Shown piece after piece: positions 11,627-23,600 of a stretch of DNA of 32,000 nucleotides (the first letter of the stretch is position 1; every line of letters starts with the position of its first letter). Both the position numbers and the translations under genes were made by a program. The notes below the pieces were generated by a model that saw nothing but the letters and a program-made list of their open reading frames with translations, searched no databases and had not been told where the DNA came from. This DNA is from Candidatus Saccharimonadota bacterium (GTDB lineage: Bacteria; Pseudomonadota; Gammaproteobacteria; Enterobacterales; Enterobacteriaceae): contig NZ_CP135009.1 of the NCBI RefSeq assembly GCF_039383305.1, positions 1 through 32,000 on the forward strand. Direction: 5' to 3'.

Positions 11627-11699
11627 TGCCCGGAGGCGGAATTGAACCACCGACACGGGGATTTTCAGTCCCCTGCTCTACCAACTGAGCTATCCGGGC
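11627..11699 (-). tRNA. tRNA-Phe (anticodon GAA)
   Basis: The reverse complement reads GCCCGGATAGCTCAGTTGGTAGAGCAGGGGACTGAAAATCCCCGTGTCGGTGGTTCAATTCCGCCTCCGGGCA. It folds as a cloverleaf with the anticodon loop CTGAAAA and is close to E. coli tRNA-Phe. No 3' CCA is encoded. Confidence 0.95.
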
Positions 11700-11880
11700 A
11701 TAAATATTATTATGTCTTAGAAAATAATTTTTGTCAAGTTTTATGGTTTTTTACAATTTTTCTTATAAAAAATATAATAAAATTAATTTTTTAATATTTT
11801 AAAAAATTTGAAAGAAAATATTTTATATTTTTATAATAAAATAAAAAATTTAATATGTTTAAAAAAAGAATATTTTATCT

Positions 11881-11909
11881 CTTGAAATTTTTAATAAATA
11901 ATTATATAT
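11881..11909 (+). promoter_or_regulatory. Candidate sigma32 (heat-shock) promoter of groES-groEL
   Basis: TCTCTTGAAA (CTTGAAA at 11881-11887) matches the sigma32 -35 consensus. After a 15-nt gap comes TTATATAT (11902-11909), an AT-degraded version of CCCCATNT. It lies about 85 nt upstream of groES. The -10 element is weak. Confidence 0.35.
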
Positions 11910-11994
11910 TTATAATAATTTATTAATTTTAATTTTTTTTTTAAATTTAATAAGTATTTATTGTTATTTTTAATATTATAAAGGTATTTAAAAT

Positions 11995-12285
11995 ATGAAA
12001 ATTCGTCCATTACATGATCGTGTTATTGTAAAACGTAATGAAGTAGAATTGAAATCTGCGGGAGGAATTGTATTAACAGGTTCGGCTGCAGAGAAATCTA
12101 CACGAGGAATAGTTTTATCAGTAGGAAAAGGACGTATGTTAGATAATGGAATAATTAAAAAAATGGATGTAAAAGTAGGTGATACAGTTATTTTTAATGA
12201 AGGTTATGGTGCTAAAGTAGAAAAAATTGATCATGAAGAAGTTTTAATTTTAAATGAAAATGATATATTAGCGATTATAGATTAA
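11995..12285 (+). CDS. groES: Co-chaperonin GroES
   Basis: 96-aa [41 protein letters not shown] is nearly identical to E. coli GroES. Confidence 0.99.
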   Translation: MKIRPLHDRVIVKRNEVELKSAGGIVLTGSAAEKSTRGIVLSVGKGRMLDNGIIKKMDVKVGDTVIFNEGYGAKVEKIDHEEVLILNENDILAIID

Positions 12286-12348
12286 TTTTTTTAATATTAA
12301 TATTTTTTTTAATATTAAAAATTTTTATTTAATTTTAAAAAAATATAA

Positions 12349-14019
<1,671 letters not shown>

Positions 14020-14071
14020 TTTTTTTTATTTTTTTTTAAATTTTTTTTTATTTATTTTTTTTAAAATTTTA

Positions 14072-14100
14072 CCTTGTTTTCAAGTTTTTTGAGAACAAGG
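14072..14100 (+). terminator. Candidate groESL terminator hairpin
   Basis: CCTTGTTTTC (14072-14081) pairs with GAGAACAAGG (14091-14100), giving a 10-bp stem with one G-U pair on the plus-strand RNA and a 9-nt loop. It is the only GC-containing palindrome in this spacer. The T-run is not adjacent and begins about 10 nt later. Confidence 0.45.
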
Positions 14101-14294
14101 GACTTAAAATTTTTTTATAATTTTAAATTTTTTGATTATAATTTTAGAAAAATATTTTTTTAAATATAGTTGATTTTAAAGAAAAATATTTATTTATAAA
14201 ATTTATAAATTTTATTTCTATATAAAAAAATATAAAATTAAAAATTTATTTATCAGAAAAGATTTTCAGAAAAAATTTTATAATAAAAAAATTT

Positions 14295-15026
14295 TTAATA
14301 TTCATTACCAGTAATATATTTTCTGTAACTATCCCATTCAAAAGTTAACCACAAACTATTTCCTAATCTCATACGATCAATTACTCGTTCACCTAAAAGA
14401 TTTTTCATACCGATTAAATCTAAATTAGATAACATTCCAGTTGATCGTTTTGAAGATGATCTACGATCTACAATTTGATTAATTATAATTTTTTCATATC
14501 TAGATTCTGTTTGGATACCAATTTCATCAATCATTAATAAATCTACTGTACTAAGATTATTTAATAAATTTTCTTCCGTCATAATACTAGCCCCATTAAA
14601 GGTGCTTTTCATATTTGACATTAGATCTGCTACTGTAACAATTAATACACTTTTACCATGTAAAATTAGGTAATTTCCTATCGCTGAAGCTAAATGATTT
14701 TTTCCTGTTCCAGGTCGGCCTGAAAAAATAAAACTAGAAATATTATTATTAAAGTTTTTTGCATATTTTTGAGCGGCATGTAATACTTTTTGATGTCCAG
14801 TATGATGTATTTTGTAATTATCAAAAGAACAATTTAAATATAATTCTTTTATTCCTGATCTTCCAAAAATTTGTTGAATTTTCATGGCTTTATTTTTTTG
14901 TATAATATTTTTAGAAGATAAAATTCCTTGTTTTTGATTCCATAATAATAATTCCTTGTCTGTATAAAATTTTGGTTTAATATTTTTAGGCATGATTTTT
15001 TTTAATTTTTTTAAAAATTTTTTCAT
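14295..15026 (-). CDS. dnaC: Replicative helicase loader DnaC
   Basis: 243-aa ORF colinear with E. coli DnaC: ISSFIFSGRPGTGKNHLASAIGNYLILHGKSVLIVTVADLMS, DLLMIDEIGIQTESRYEKIIINQIVDRRSSSKR and LGERVIDRMRLGNSLW. Confidence 0.96.
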   Translation of the reverse strand: MKKFLKKLKKIMPKNIKPKFYTDKELLLWNQKQGILSSKNIIQKNKAMKIQQIFGRSGIKELYLNCSFDNYKIHHTGHQKVLHAAQKYAKNFNNNISSFIFSGRPGTGKNHLASAIGNYLILHGKSVLIVTVADLMSNMKSTFNGASIMTEENLLNNLSTVDLLMIDEIGIQTESRYEKIIINQIVDRRSSSKRSTGMLSNLDLIGMKNLLGERVIDRMRLGNSLWLTFEWDSYRKYITGNEY

Positions 15027-15227
15027 ATTAGTACTATCTTGTTTTTTTAGATATTTATAAATATATTTTTTTTAAAAAAAAATAAAAGATGAAAAATATT
15101 ATATTTTATTTTTAAAATTTTTTAATTAATTTGTTGTTTTTAAATAAATTTTATTCAAAAAATTTTATTTTTTTTAAAAAAATAATTTAAAAATAGAATT
15201 TTAAGAATTAGATATTTTTTAAAAATT

Positions 15228-15815
15228 TTATTTTTTTTTAGTATAAGATACTTGATATAAAGAATATGAGATACGACGAGTATAATGATATTTAATACAT
15301 ATCCAATTTTTAGGTATAATTAAGGTAGTAAAATTTTTACTTTTTTCAATATAAATTAAGGAATTTTTTTTTATCCAATCATTTTGATTAATTAAAAAAA
15401 TAGTAATTTGTAATATATGGCGTTTTTTAAAAGGAGGATCCAAAAATATTATATCATAAGGGTGTCCTTTTTTTTTTAACCAAGTAAGAGTATTTGTACA
15501 ATGTAAATGAATATTTTTAATTTTAAACTTAGAAATAGTTTTTTGAATAATTTTAAATAATTTTTTATTTTTTTCAAGTGCTGTAATAAATAAAGAATTT
15601 CTTGATGCGCTTTCAATACTTAAATTTCCGCTGCCTGAGAAACAATCTAAACAAATAGAATTTTTAATAAATTTTTGTAACCAATTAAATAAAGTTTCTT
15701 TCGTACGACTATTAGTGGGTTGTATTTTGATATGTTTTACTGAATTTAAATATCTTCCTCGAAATTTTCCTCCAATAATTTTAATATTTTTTTTATGTTG
15801 TTTTTTTTTTTTCAT
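15228..15815 (-). CDS. rsmD: 16S rRNA (guanine966-N2)-methyltransferase RsmD (YhhF)
   Basis: 195-aa ORF. IKIIGGKFRGRYL, RTKETLFNWL, CLDCFSGSGNLSIE and FLDPPF match E. coli RsmD. It is divergent from ftsY, as in E. coli. Confidence 0.92.
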   Translation of the reverse strand: MKKKKQHKKNIKIIGGKFRGRYLNSVKHIKIQPTNSRTKETLFNWLQKFIKNSICLDCFSGSGNLSIESASRNSLFITALEKNKKLFKIIQKTISKFKIKNIHLHCTNTLTWLKKKGHPYDIIFLDPPFKKRHILQITIFLINQNDWIKKNSLIYIEKSKNFTTLIIPKNWICIKYHYTRRISYSLYQVSYTKKK

Positions 15816-15974
15816 AATTTTAGAATATTTTTAAGTTTTTATGATAATCTTTTTATACCATAAATAAAGTAAAAGTCCAATTAAGAGTTTTTATATTTTT
15901 AATTGTATTCTAGAATATGTTAAAAAATTTAATATATAAAAATATTTACAAATTTAGATAATATTAAGGATATT

Positions 15975-16904
15975 ATGTTTAATTTAAAGAAAGAAAATAA
16001 GAGATTTTTTTTTTCTTTTACAAATTTTTTTAAAAAAACTAAAAATTTATTTTTTAAAAAAATTCAAAATATATTTTTTAAAAAAAAAATAGATGATGAA
16101 GTTTTCTTAAATATAAAAGAAATTTTATTGTTAGCTGATGTAGGGATTTCTACGACAAATAATATTTTAAAAAAATTTAAAAAAAAAATTCAAGATAAAA
16201 ATATTGTAAGTACTAAAGAAGCTTATTTAATTTTTAAACAACAATTATGTAACATTTTATTACAAGTAAAAGATTCAGTTCAGTATCATGCGTTTGATAT
16301 TCGAGTTATTTTATGTGTAGGGGTAAATGGAGTAGGAAAAACTAGTACACTCGTAAAATTAGCTTATTTTTATCAAAAAAAAAAAAAAAGGGTTTTATTA
16401 GTAGCAGGAGATACCTTTAGGGCAGCAGCAATAGATCAATTAAAAGAATGGGGGAAATTATATAAAATTCCGGTATTTTATAAAAGTTTAGGTATTGATC
16501 CTTCTTCAGTTATTTTTGATTCTTTAAGATATGCTTTAATAAAAAAATTTGATATGATTTTAATTGATACAGCAGGACGATTACATAATAAATTACATTT
16601 GATGCAAGAATTACAAAAAATGGATCGCGTAATTAAAAAATATAATGCTATAGTTTTTCAGGAAACTATTTTAATTTTAGATGCATGTATTGGTCAAAAT
16701 TCTATTCAACAAACTCGTTTTTTTAATCAAATTATACCTTTATCTAGTATTATTATTACTAAATTAGATGGAACTGCTAAAGGGGGTATTTTATTAGCTA
16801 TAGTAAATGAATTTTATTTACCAATTAAGTACATTTGTATTGGTGAAAGTATTGAAGATTTAGTACGTTTTAATGTACATAAATTTATTGAATCTTTATT
16901 TTAA
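15975..16904 (+). CDS. ftsY: Signal recognition particle receptor FtsY (NG domain only, no acidic A domain)
   Basis: 309-aa ORF with GVNGVGKTSTLVKLA, VAGDTFRAAAIDQL, DTAGRLHNK and TKLDGTAKGG. The N-terminus KRFFFSFTNFFKKTKNLFFKKIQNIFFKKKIDDEVF aligns with the E. coli A/N-junction segment GFFARLKRSLLKTKENLGSGFISLFRGKKIDDDLF. Confidence 0.95.
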   Translation: MFNLKKENKRFFFSFTNFFKKTKNLFFKKIQNIFFKKKIDDEVFLNIKEILLLADVGISTTNNILKKFKKKIQDKNIVSTKEAYLIFKQQLCNILLQVKDSVQYHAFDIRVILCVGVNGVGKTSTLVKLAYFYQKKKKRVLLVAGDTFRAAAIDQLKEWGKLYKIPVFYKSLGIDPSSVIFDSLRYALIKKFDMILIDTAGRLHNKLHLMQELQKMDRVIKKYNAIVFQETILILDACIGQNSIQQTRFFNQIIPLSSIIITKLDGTAKGGILLAIVNEFYLPIKYICIGESIEDLVRFNVHKFIESLF

Positions 16905-16963
16905 ATTTACAAATTTTTATTAAAAACGAATTTGATAAATTAAATAATGCTTTTGAAAATATT

Positions 16964-16992
16964 TTGACAGTTAAAACTTTCAATGATATTGT
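16964..16992 (+). promoter_or_regulatory. Candidate sigma70 promoter upstream of rpoH
   Basis: A perfect -35 TTGACA (16964-16969) is followed by a 17-nt spacer and the -10 TATTGT (16987-16992), which is preceded by an extended TGn (TG at 16984-16985). It lies about 150 nt upstream of rpoH. A G- and C-containing hexamer is uncommon in these spacers. Confidence 0.45.
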
Positions 16993-17137
16993 TTTATTAT
17001 TTATAAAATTTTTAATATTAAAGATTATATATTTAAATTATACTAATATATTATATATAAAAATTTTATAATATTTTTTAATTTATGTAAAAAAATTTGT
17101 TATAAATAATTTTTTTATAATACATAGAGGTTGAATT

Positions 17138-18010
17138 TTGTGCATGACTAATAAAAGTAATGTAATGAGTTTTTTAAATGTAGGTAGTTTAGAAGCTTAT
17201 ATTAGAATGGCTAATTCATTCCCCATGTTAACAGTAAAACAAGAAAAAGTAATTTCTAAACGTCTTTTTTTTCATGGAAATTTAGAAGATGCAAAAACTT
17301 TAATTATTTCTCATTTAAGATTTGTTATTTATATTTCTAGAAGTTATTCAGGGTATGGATTATCTCAAGCTGATTTAATTCAAGAAGGTAATCTTGGATT
17401 AATGAAAGCAATAAAACGATTTAATCCTGAAATAGAGGTTCGTTTAATATCTTTTGCTGTACATTGGATTAAATCTGAAATTCATAAATATGTTTTAAGG
17501 AATTGGAGAATTGTTAAAATTGCTACTACTAAAGCGCAACGTAAATTGTTTTTCAATTTAAGAAAAACAAAAAAACGTTTAGGTTGGTTTAATGAAATGG
17601 AAATTACCGTTGTGGCTCAAGAATTAGGAGTAACGCGTCAAGATGTTAAAGAAATGGAATCTCGTATGTCTGCGCAAGATATTACTTTTAATTATTTTTC
17701 AAAAAATTCTACTTCTGAAAATAATTTTGAAGATCTTTTTTCTTCAGTATATTTAGAAGATCATACTTCAAATTTTGCAAATACTGTTGAGTTAGATAAT
17801 TGGGAATCTCATACAAATACTAAATTAAATAATGCATTATTAATTTTAGATGAAAGAAGCCAACAGATTATTAAAAGACGTTGGTTAGATTCTAGTCAAG
17901 AAAAAATTACATTACGAACTATTGCTAAAGACTATGGAATTTCAGCTGAAAGAGTTCGACAATTAGAAAAGAATGCTATGAAAAAATTAAAAATAGCTAT
18001 TCAAATCTAG
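17138..18010 (+). CDS. rpoH: RNA polymerase sigma-32 factor RpoH
   Basis: ORF colinear with E. coli RpoH: [47 protein letters not shown], the RpoH box [18 protein letters not shown], and [18 protein letters not shown]. The start is either TTG at 17138 (AGAGG 7 nt upstream) or ATG at 17144 (better N-terminal alignment). Confidence 0.96.
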   Translation: MCMTNKSNVMSFLNVGSLEAYIRMANSFPMLTVKQEKVISKRLFFHGNLEDAKTLIISHLRFVIYISRSYSGYGLSQADLIQEGNLGLMKAIKRFNPEIEVRLISFAVHWIKSEIHKYVLRNWRIVKIATTKAQRKLFFNLRKTKKRLGWFNEMEITVVAQELGVTRQDVKEMESRMSAQDITFNYFSKNSTSENNFEDLFSSVYLEDHTSNFANTVELDNWESHTNTKLNNALLILDERSQQIIKRRWLDSSQEKITLRTIAKDYGISAERVRQLEKNAMKKLKIAIQI

Positions 18011-18179
18011 TTATAATTTTATAATAAATTTAATTTCAAAATTTTTATAAAAAAACTTAAAAATTTTATTACGTTTTAAGATTTTGATAATAATTTATAT
18101 TATTAAGCGTTAAAATAGAAATATTTATATAGTTTAAAATTTTTTAAATTATTATTTTTTTACATAGGACATAATCTCA

Positions 18180-20456
18180 ATGTTGATAAAAAATCATATC
18201 TTAGGATTTCCGAGAATTGGTTTAAAAAGGGAATTAAAAATTGCTCAAGAAAAATATTGGTCAGGGAAAATTTCTTTAGAGGAATTATTAATTGTTGGAA
18301 AAAAAATTCGAAAAAAAAATTGGAAAAAACAAAAAGAATTAGGATTAGATTTTTTAACAGTAGGTGATTTTGCATGGTATGATCATGTATTAACTACTAG
18401 TGTAATGGTAGGAAATATTCCTGAAAGACATAAATCTGAAAATCAAAAAAATATCTTAGATATCTTATTTAATATTGCTCGTGGAAAATCTTCTTCTGAT
18501 TGTAAAACTGTGCATGCTTCAGAAATGACTAAATGGTTTAATACTAATTATCATTATATTGTACCTGAATTTTCTAAAAATCAAAATTTTTCTTTTTTTT
18601 ATAAACAACTTTTAAAAGATATTGAAGAAGCTAGTGTATTAAATCATCCGATAAAAGTAGTTTTATTAAGTCCAGTTACATACTTATGGTTAGGAAAAAT
18701 TAAAGGAAAAAATTTTAATAAATTAGATTTATTGCCAAAATTATTAAATGTATATAAGAAAATTTTAAAAAAAATTTATAAAAAAAATGTTGAATGGGTA
18801 CAAATCGACGAACCTATTTTAACATTAGATTTAGACGATTCTTGGAAAAATGCAATTAAAAATACATATACAAATTTTCAAAATTTTTCTAAAATTTTAT
18901 TAACAACATATTTTGGTAGTATTAATCATAATTTAGAATTGGTGTCTACTTTAAAAATTGATGGGTTACATCTTGATTGTGTATCAGAAAAATATAATTT
19001 ACAAGAAATACATAAATATATTCAAAAAGATTGGATTTTATCTTTAGGAATTATTAATGGTAAAAATATTTGGCGTGCGAATTTGATATTTTGGTATAAT
19101 TATTTAAAAAAATATTTAAGATTATATTTAAATGTTTGGATAAGTACGTCTTGTTCTTTGTTGCATGTTCCGATGGACTTATCATTAGAAAAAAATTTTA
19201 AAAAAGAAATAAAAGAATGGTTTTCTTTTGGTTTTCAAAAATGTTTTGAATTAGTTATGTTAACTAATGTATTAAATAAAAAAATTTTATCGATTGATTG
19301 TTTAAAAAAATGGGTATTACCTTTACAAAATCGTGAAAATTCTTCTATAGTACATAATTCGCATGTAAAATTGCGTATACAAAAATTACAAAAAATTTCT
19401 TCGAACAGATTAAGTCCATATAAAATTCGCTTTAATATACAAAAAAAAATATTGAATTTACCTGATTTACCATTGACGACAATAGGGTCTTTTCCTCAAA
19501 CTTCTGAAATTCGAAAATTACGTTTTAATTTAAGAAAAAAAAAAATAACTCAAATTGATTATGATCGTGAAATTAAAAAATATATAAAATATGCAATTTT
19601 ACAGCAAGAAAAATTAGGTTTAGACGTTCTTGTACATGGTGAACCAGAAAGAAATGATATGGTAGAATATTTTAGTGAATATTTAGAGGGTTTTGTTTTT
19701 ACTAATTATGGTTGGGTACAAAGTTATGGATCTCGTTGTGTAAAACCTCCTATTATTATTGGTGATATTAGTCGTATTACTCCAATGACAGTATATTGGT
19801 CAAAATATGCTCAATCTTTAACTAAAAAATTTGTAAAAGGTATGTTAACAGGTCCGATAACAATTTTATGTTGGTCTTTTCCTCGTGAAGATTTATCGCA
19901 TGAAATAATTTCTAAACAAATTGCATGTGCGTTAATGGATGAAGTAAAAGAATTAGAAAATGAAGGTATTAATATTATTCAAATTGATGAGCCTGCTTTA
20001 CGTGAGGGATTACCTTTAAGAATTTGTGATCACAAAGAATATTTGTCTTGGGCTACAGAAGCATTTCGTTTATGTTCTTTAAATATTAAAGATAGCACAC
20101 AAATTCATACACATATGTGTTATTGTGAATTTAAAGATATTATGCCGGCAATTGTTAAATTAGATGTAGATGTAATTACTATTGAAACTTCTCGTTCCGA
20201 TATGGATTTATTAGAATTTTTTAAAAAATTTAAATATCCTAATTCTATTGGTCCTGGTGTATATGATATTCATTCTCCGAATATTCCTACTCAAAAATGG
20301 ATAATTAAGTTATTAAAAACTGCATTAAAACATATTCCATATCAAAGATTATGGGTAAATCCTGATTGCGGTTTAAAAACTAGAACTTGGGATGAATCTA
20401 TATTGTCTTTAAAAAATATGGTTCAAGCTGTAAAAAAAATACGTAAAAAATTATAA
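18180..20456 (+). CDS. metE: Cobalamin-independent methionine synthase MetE
   Basis: 758-aa ORF. NHILGFPRIGLKRELKIAQEKYW, VGDFAWYDHVLTT and EMTKWFNTNYHYIVPEF match E. coli MetE. The C-terminal zinc-site region IHTHMCYCEF and NPDCGLKTR is present. Confidence 0.97.
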   Translation: MLIKNHILGFPRIGLKRELKIAQEKYWSGKISLEELLIVGKKIRKKNWKKQKELGLDFLTVGDFAWYDHVLTTSVMVGNIPERHKSENQKNILDILFNIARGKSSSDCKTVHASEMTKWFNTNYHYIVPEFSKNQNFSFFYKQLLKDIEEASVLNHPIKVVLLSPVTYLWLGKIKGKNFNKLDLLPKLLNVYKKILKKIYKKNVEWVQIDEPILTLDLDDSWKNAIKNTYTNFQNFSKILLTTYFGSINHNLELVSTLKIDGLHLDCVSEKYNLQEIHKYIQKDWILSLGIINGKNIWRANLIFWYNYLKKYLRLYLNVWISTSCSLLHVPMDLSLEKNFKKEIKEWFSFGFQKCFELVMLTNVLNKKILSIDCLKKWVLPLQNRENSSIVHNSHVKLRIQKLQKISSNRLSPYKIRFNIQKKILNLPDLPLTTIGSFPQTSEIRKLRFNLRKKKITQIDYDREIKKYIKYAILQQEKLGLDVLVHGEPERNDMVEYFSEYLEGFVFTNYGWVQSYGSRCVKPPIIIGDISRITPMTVYWSKYAQSLTKKFVKGMLTGPITILCWSFPREDLSHEIISKQIACALMDEVKELENEGINIIQIDEPALREGLPLRICDHKEYLSWATEAFRLCSLNIKDSTQIHTHMCYCEFKDIMPAIVKLDVDVITIETSRSDMDLLEFFKKFKYPNSIGPGVYDIHSPNIPTQKWIIKLLKTALKHIPYQRLWVNPDCGLKTRTWDESILSLKNMVQAVKKIRKKL

Positions 20457-20505
20457 ATATTTTTTTTAGAATTTTTTATTATTATAACATTTACATATAA
20501 GTAAT

Positions 20506-20528
20506 GATGAGGCAAAATTCGCCTCATC
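20506..20528 (+). terminator. Rho-independent terminator candidate after metE
   Basis: GATGAGGC (20506-20513) and GCCTCATC (20521-20528) form a perfect 8-bp GC-rich stem with a 7-nt loop, followed by TATTTTG. It lies 50 nt after the metE stop, between the convergent metE and rpoC. Confidence 0.6.
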
Positions 20529-20696
20529 TATTTTGAAAATAAAAATATAAAGATAATATTTTTAAAAATAAATTTATAAAAAAATATTGTATTTTTTTTA
20601 AATACTATTTTATTTTTTGTTAAAAAAATAAATGTTTATATTAGAAAAAAATTTTTTATTAAAAATTCTATTAATTATTTTTATAATATTATAGAT

Positions 20697-23600
20697 TTAT
20701 TTTATATTTTCGGTTGAATTTAATAATTCTGAAAGACTTGCTGATGCTTTTTCTGCATTAATAGAAGATGAAGATTGAGAGTTCATTATAGAAAAATTAA
20801 TATTTTTTTGTATTTTTTTTTCTTTTTTTGTTTTTTGAGATATTCGATTTTTATGATAAGAATATCCTGTTCCAGCTGGAATTAATCGTCCAACAATTAC
20901 ATTTTCTTTTAAACCTCTTAATTTATCTTTTTTTCCCGCTACTGAAGCTTCAGTTAATACTCGAGTTGTTTCTTGAAAAGAAGCCGCAGAGATAAATGAT
21001 TCAGTAGCTAAAGAAGCTTTTGTAATACCTAATAAATCTCTTGAAAAAGTAGATAAAATTTTTTTTTTTTGTTTTAAAATATTGTTTATAATAGTAATTT
21101 TAGAATATTCTAATTGTTCTCCAGGTAAAAATTCAGAATTTCCAGATTGAGTAATTGTAGCTTTTCTTAACATTTGACGAACAATAACTTCAATATGTTT
21201 ATCATTAATTTTAACACCTTGTAATCGATATACTTCTTGTACTTCATGTACAATATATTTTGTAACAGCTTGAACACCTCTTAATCTTAAGATATCATGT
21301 GGAGATTCCGGTCCATCTGAAATAATATCTCCTTTTTCTACTCTTTCACCTTCGAAAACATTTAATTGTCTCCATTTAGGAATCATAACTTCGAAGGTAT
21401 CTTGAATATTAGAAGGAGTTAAAATTAATCTTCTTTTTCCTTTAGTTTCTTTTCCAAATGAAACTATTCCGCTAATTTCAGCTAAAATAGCAGCTTCCTT
21501 AGGGCGTCTTGCTTCAAATAAATCAGCAACACGAGGTAATCCACCTGTAATATCTTTTGTTCCACTAGATTCTTGGGGTACTCGCGCTAAAGTATCTCCA
21601 GAAGTAATTTTCATACCATTTTCTAATTGTACAATAGTTTTACCTGGTAAAAAATATTGGGCGGGCATGTCAGTACCAGGAATTAAGATATTTTTCCCAT
21701 ATTTATTTAAAATTTTTAAAGATGGTCTTAAATCTTTTCCTGTAATTGTTCTTTCAGAAGTATCTAAAATAATTATAGATGAGAGACCAGTTAATTCATC
21801 AGCTTGTCTTGTAATACTTTGTCCTTCTATCATATCTACGAATTGAATATATCCATTAACTTCTGTAATTACTGGAATAGTATGAGGATCCCATTGAGCT
21901 ATAATTTCTCCAGATTTAGCTTTTTTACCATGTCCTTTTGTTAATATAGATCCGTAAGGTAATTTATAATTTTCTTTAGTTTTACCGAATTTGTCAATCA
22001 TTTTTAATTCTACATTACGAGAAGTAATAACTAATTTACCTTCAGAATTAATAACAGATTTAGAATTATTTAGGTTGATAATTCCATCATAACGAATTTG
22101 AATACTTGATTCTGAAGCGGCTCTGGAAGCTGCGCCTCCAATATGAAAAGTCCGCATAGTTAATTGAGTTCCTGGTTCTCCAATGGATTGAGCGGCTATA
22201 ACACCTATTGCTTCTCCTTTTTGTACTAATTCTCCCCTTGCTAAATCTCTTCCGTAACAAGTAGCACAGACTCCGAAAGTTGTTTTACAATTTACGACTG
22301 ATCTGACTTGAATAGAATCAATAGAATATTTAGTAAGTAACGTACACCATTTTTCATTTAATAAAGTATTTTTAGGAACTATAATATTTTTAGTATTAGG
22401 TTGCATAATGTCTTCAATAGTGACACGTCCTAATACACGATCTTGCAGAGCTTCTTTAATGTCTCCTCCTTCAATTAAAGAAGTTAATGTAATTCCTTTT
22501 TTTGTATTACAGTTGTCTTCTGTAACTACAAGATCTTGTGCTACATCAACTAAACGTCTTGTTAGATAACCTGAATTTGAAGTTTTTAAAGCAGTATCAG
22601 CTAATCCTTTTCGTGCTCCATGTGTAGAAATAAAATATTGTAAGACGTTTAATCCTTCTTTAAAATTTGCAATGATCGGAGTTTCAATGATAGATCCATC
22701 AGGTTTTGCCATTAAACCTCGCATTCCAGCTAATTGTCTAATTTGCGCTGCTGAACCTCTAGCTCCTGAATCCGCCATAATAAAAATATTGTTAAAAGAA
22801 GGTTGAATTTTAAGTTTTCCTTCTTTGTCTTTTATATATTCTGTTGAAATATTTTTCATCATAGCTGAAGCAATTTTTTCATTAGCAGTTGTCCAAATAT
22901 CTATAATTTTATTATATTTTTCTCCTGCAGTGACTAAACCAGATTGAAATTGTTTTTGAATTTCAGAAACTTCTTGTTTTGCTTCTGTAATAATTTGAGA
23001 TTTTTTTTTAGGAACTTTCATATCATTGATGCCTACTGAAGTTCCTGATTTTGCAGCGTATGAAAATCCTGTATACATAATTTGATCTGCAAATGTAACA
23101 GTAGGTTTAATGCCTAAAATTCGATAACAAGAATTTATTAATTGAGAAATATCATTTTTTCCTAAAGTTTTATTAATCATATGAAATGGTAAACCATGTG
23201 GTACAATATTCCATAAAATAGCTCGTCCAATGGTAGTTTTAATAATTTTTTTATCTTTAATTTTTAGTTTATTATTTTTTTTTTTATATTCTATAATACG
23301 TATTTTAACATATGCGTGTAAAGACACTAATCCTAAATGATATAATTTTTCTGCTTCATATGAGCCAGATAAGATCATATTTTCTCCTTTTGCATATAAT
23401 TTACCACGCGTCATATAATAAATACCTAAAACTACATCTTGTGATGGTACAATAATAGGTTCTCCATTTGCAGGAGATAAAATATTATTTGTAGACATCA
23501 TTAAGGAGCGAGCTTCATTTTGCGCTTCTTTAGTTAATGGAATATGAACTGCCATTTGATCACCATCAAAATCTGCATTATAAGCGGCGCAAACTAAAGG

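Noticed and set aside
18011-18179. MetJ or MetR operator upstream of metE (for example TTACGTTTTAAGA).
   Set aside because: The resemblance to the met box AGACGTCT is poor and occurs only once, with no tandem boxes. The regulators are not visible in the window, so there is not enough to call a site.
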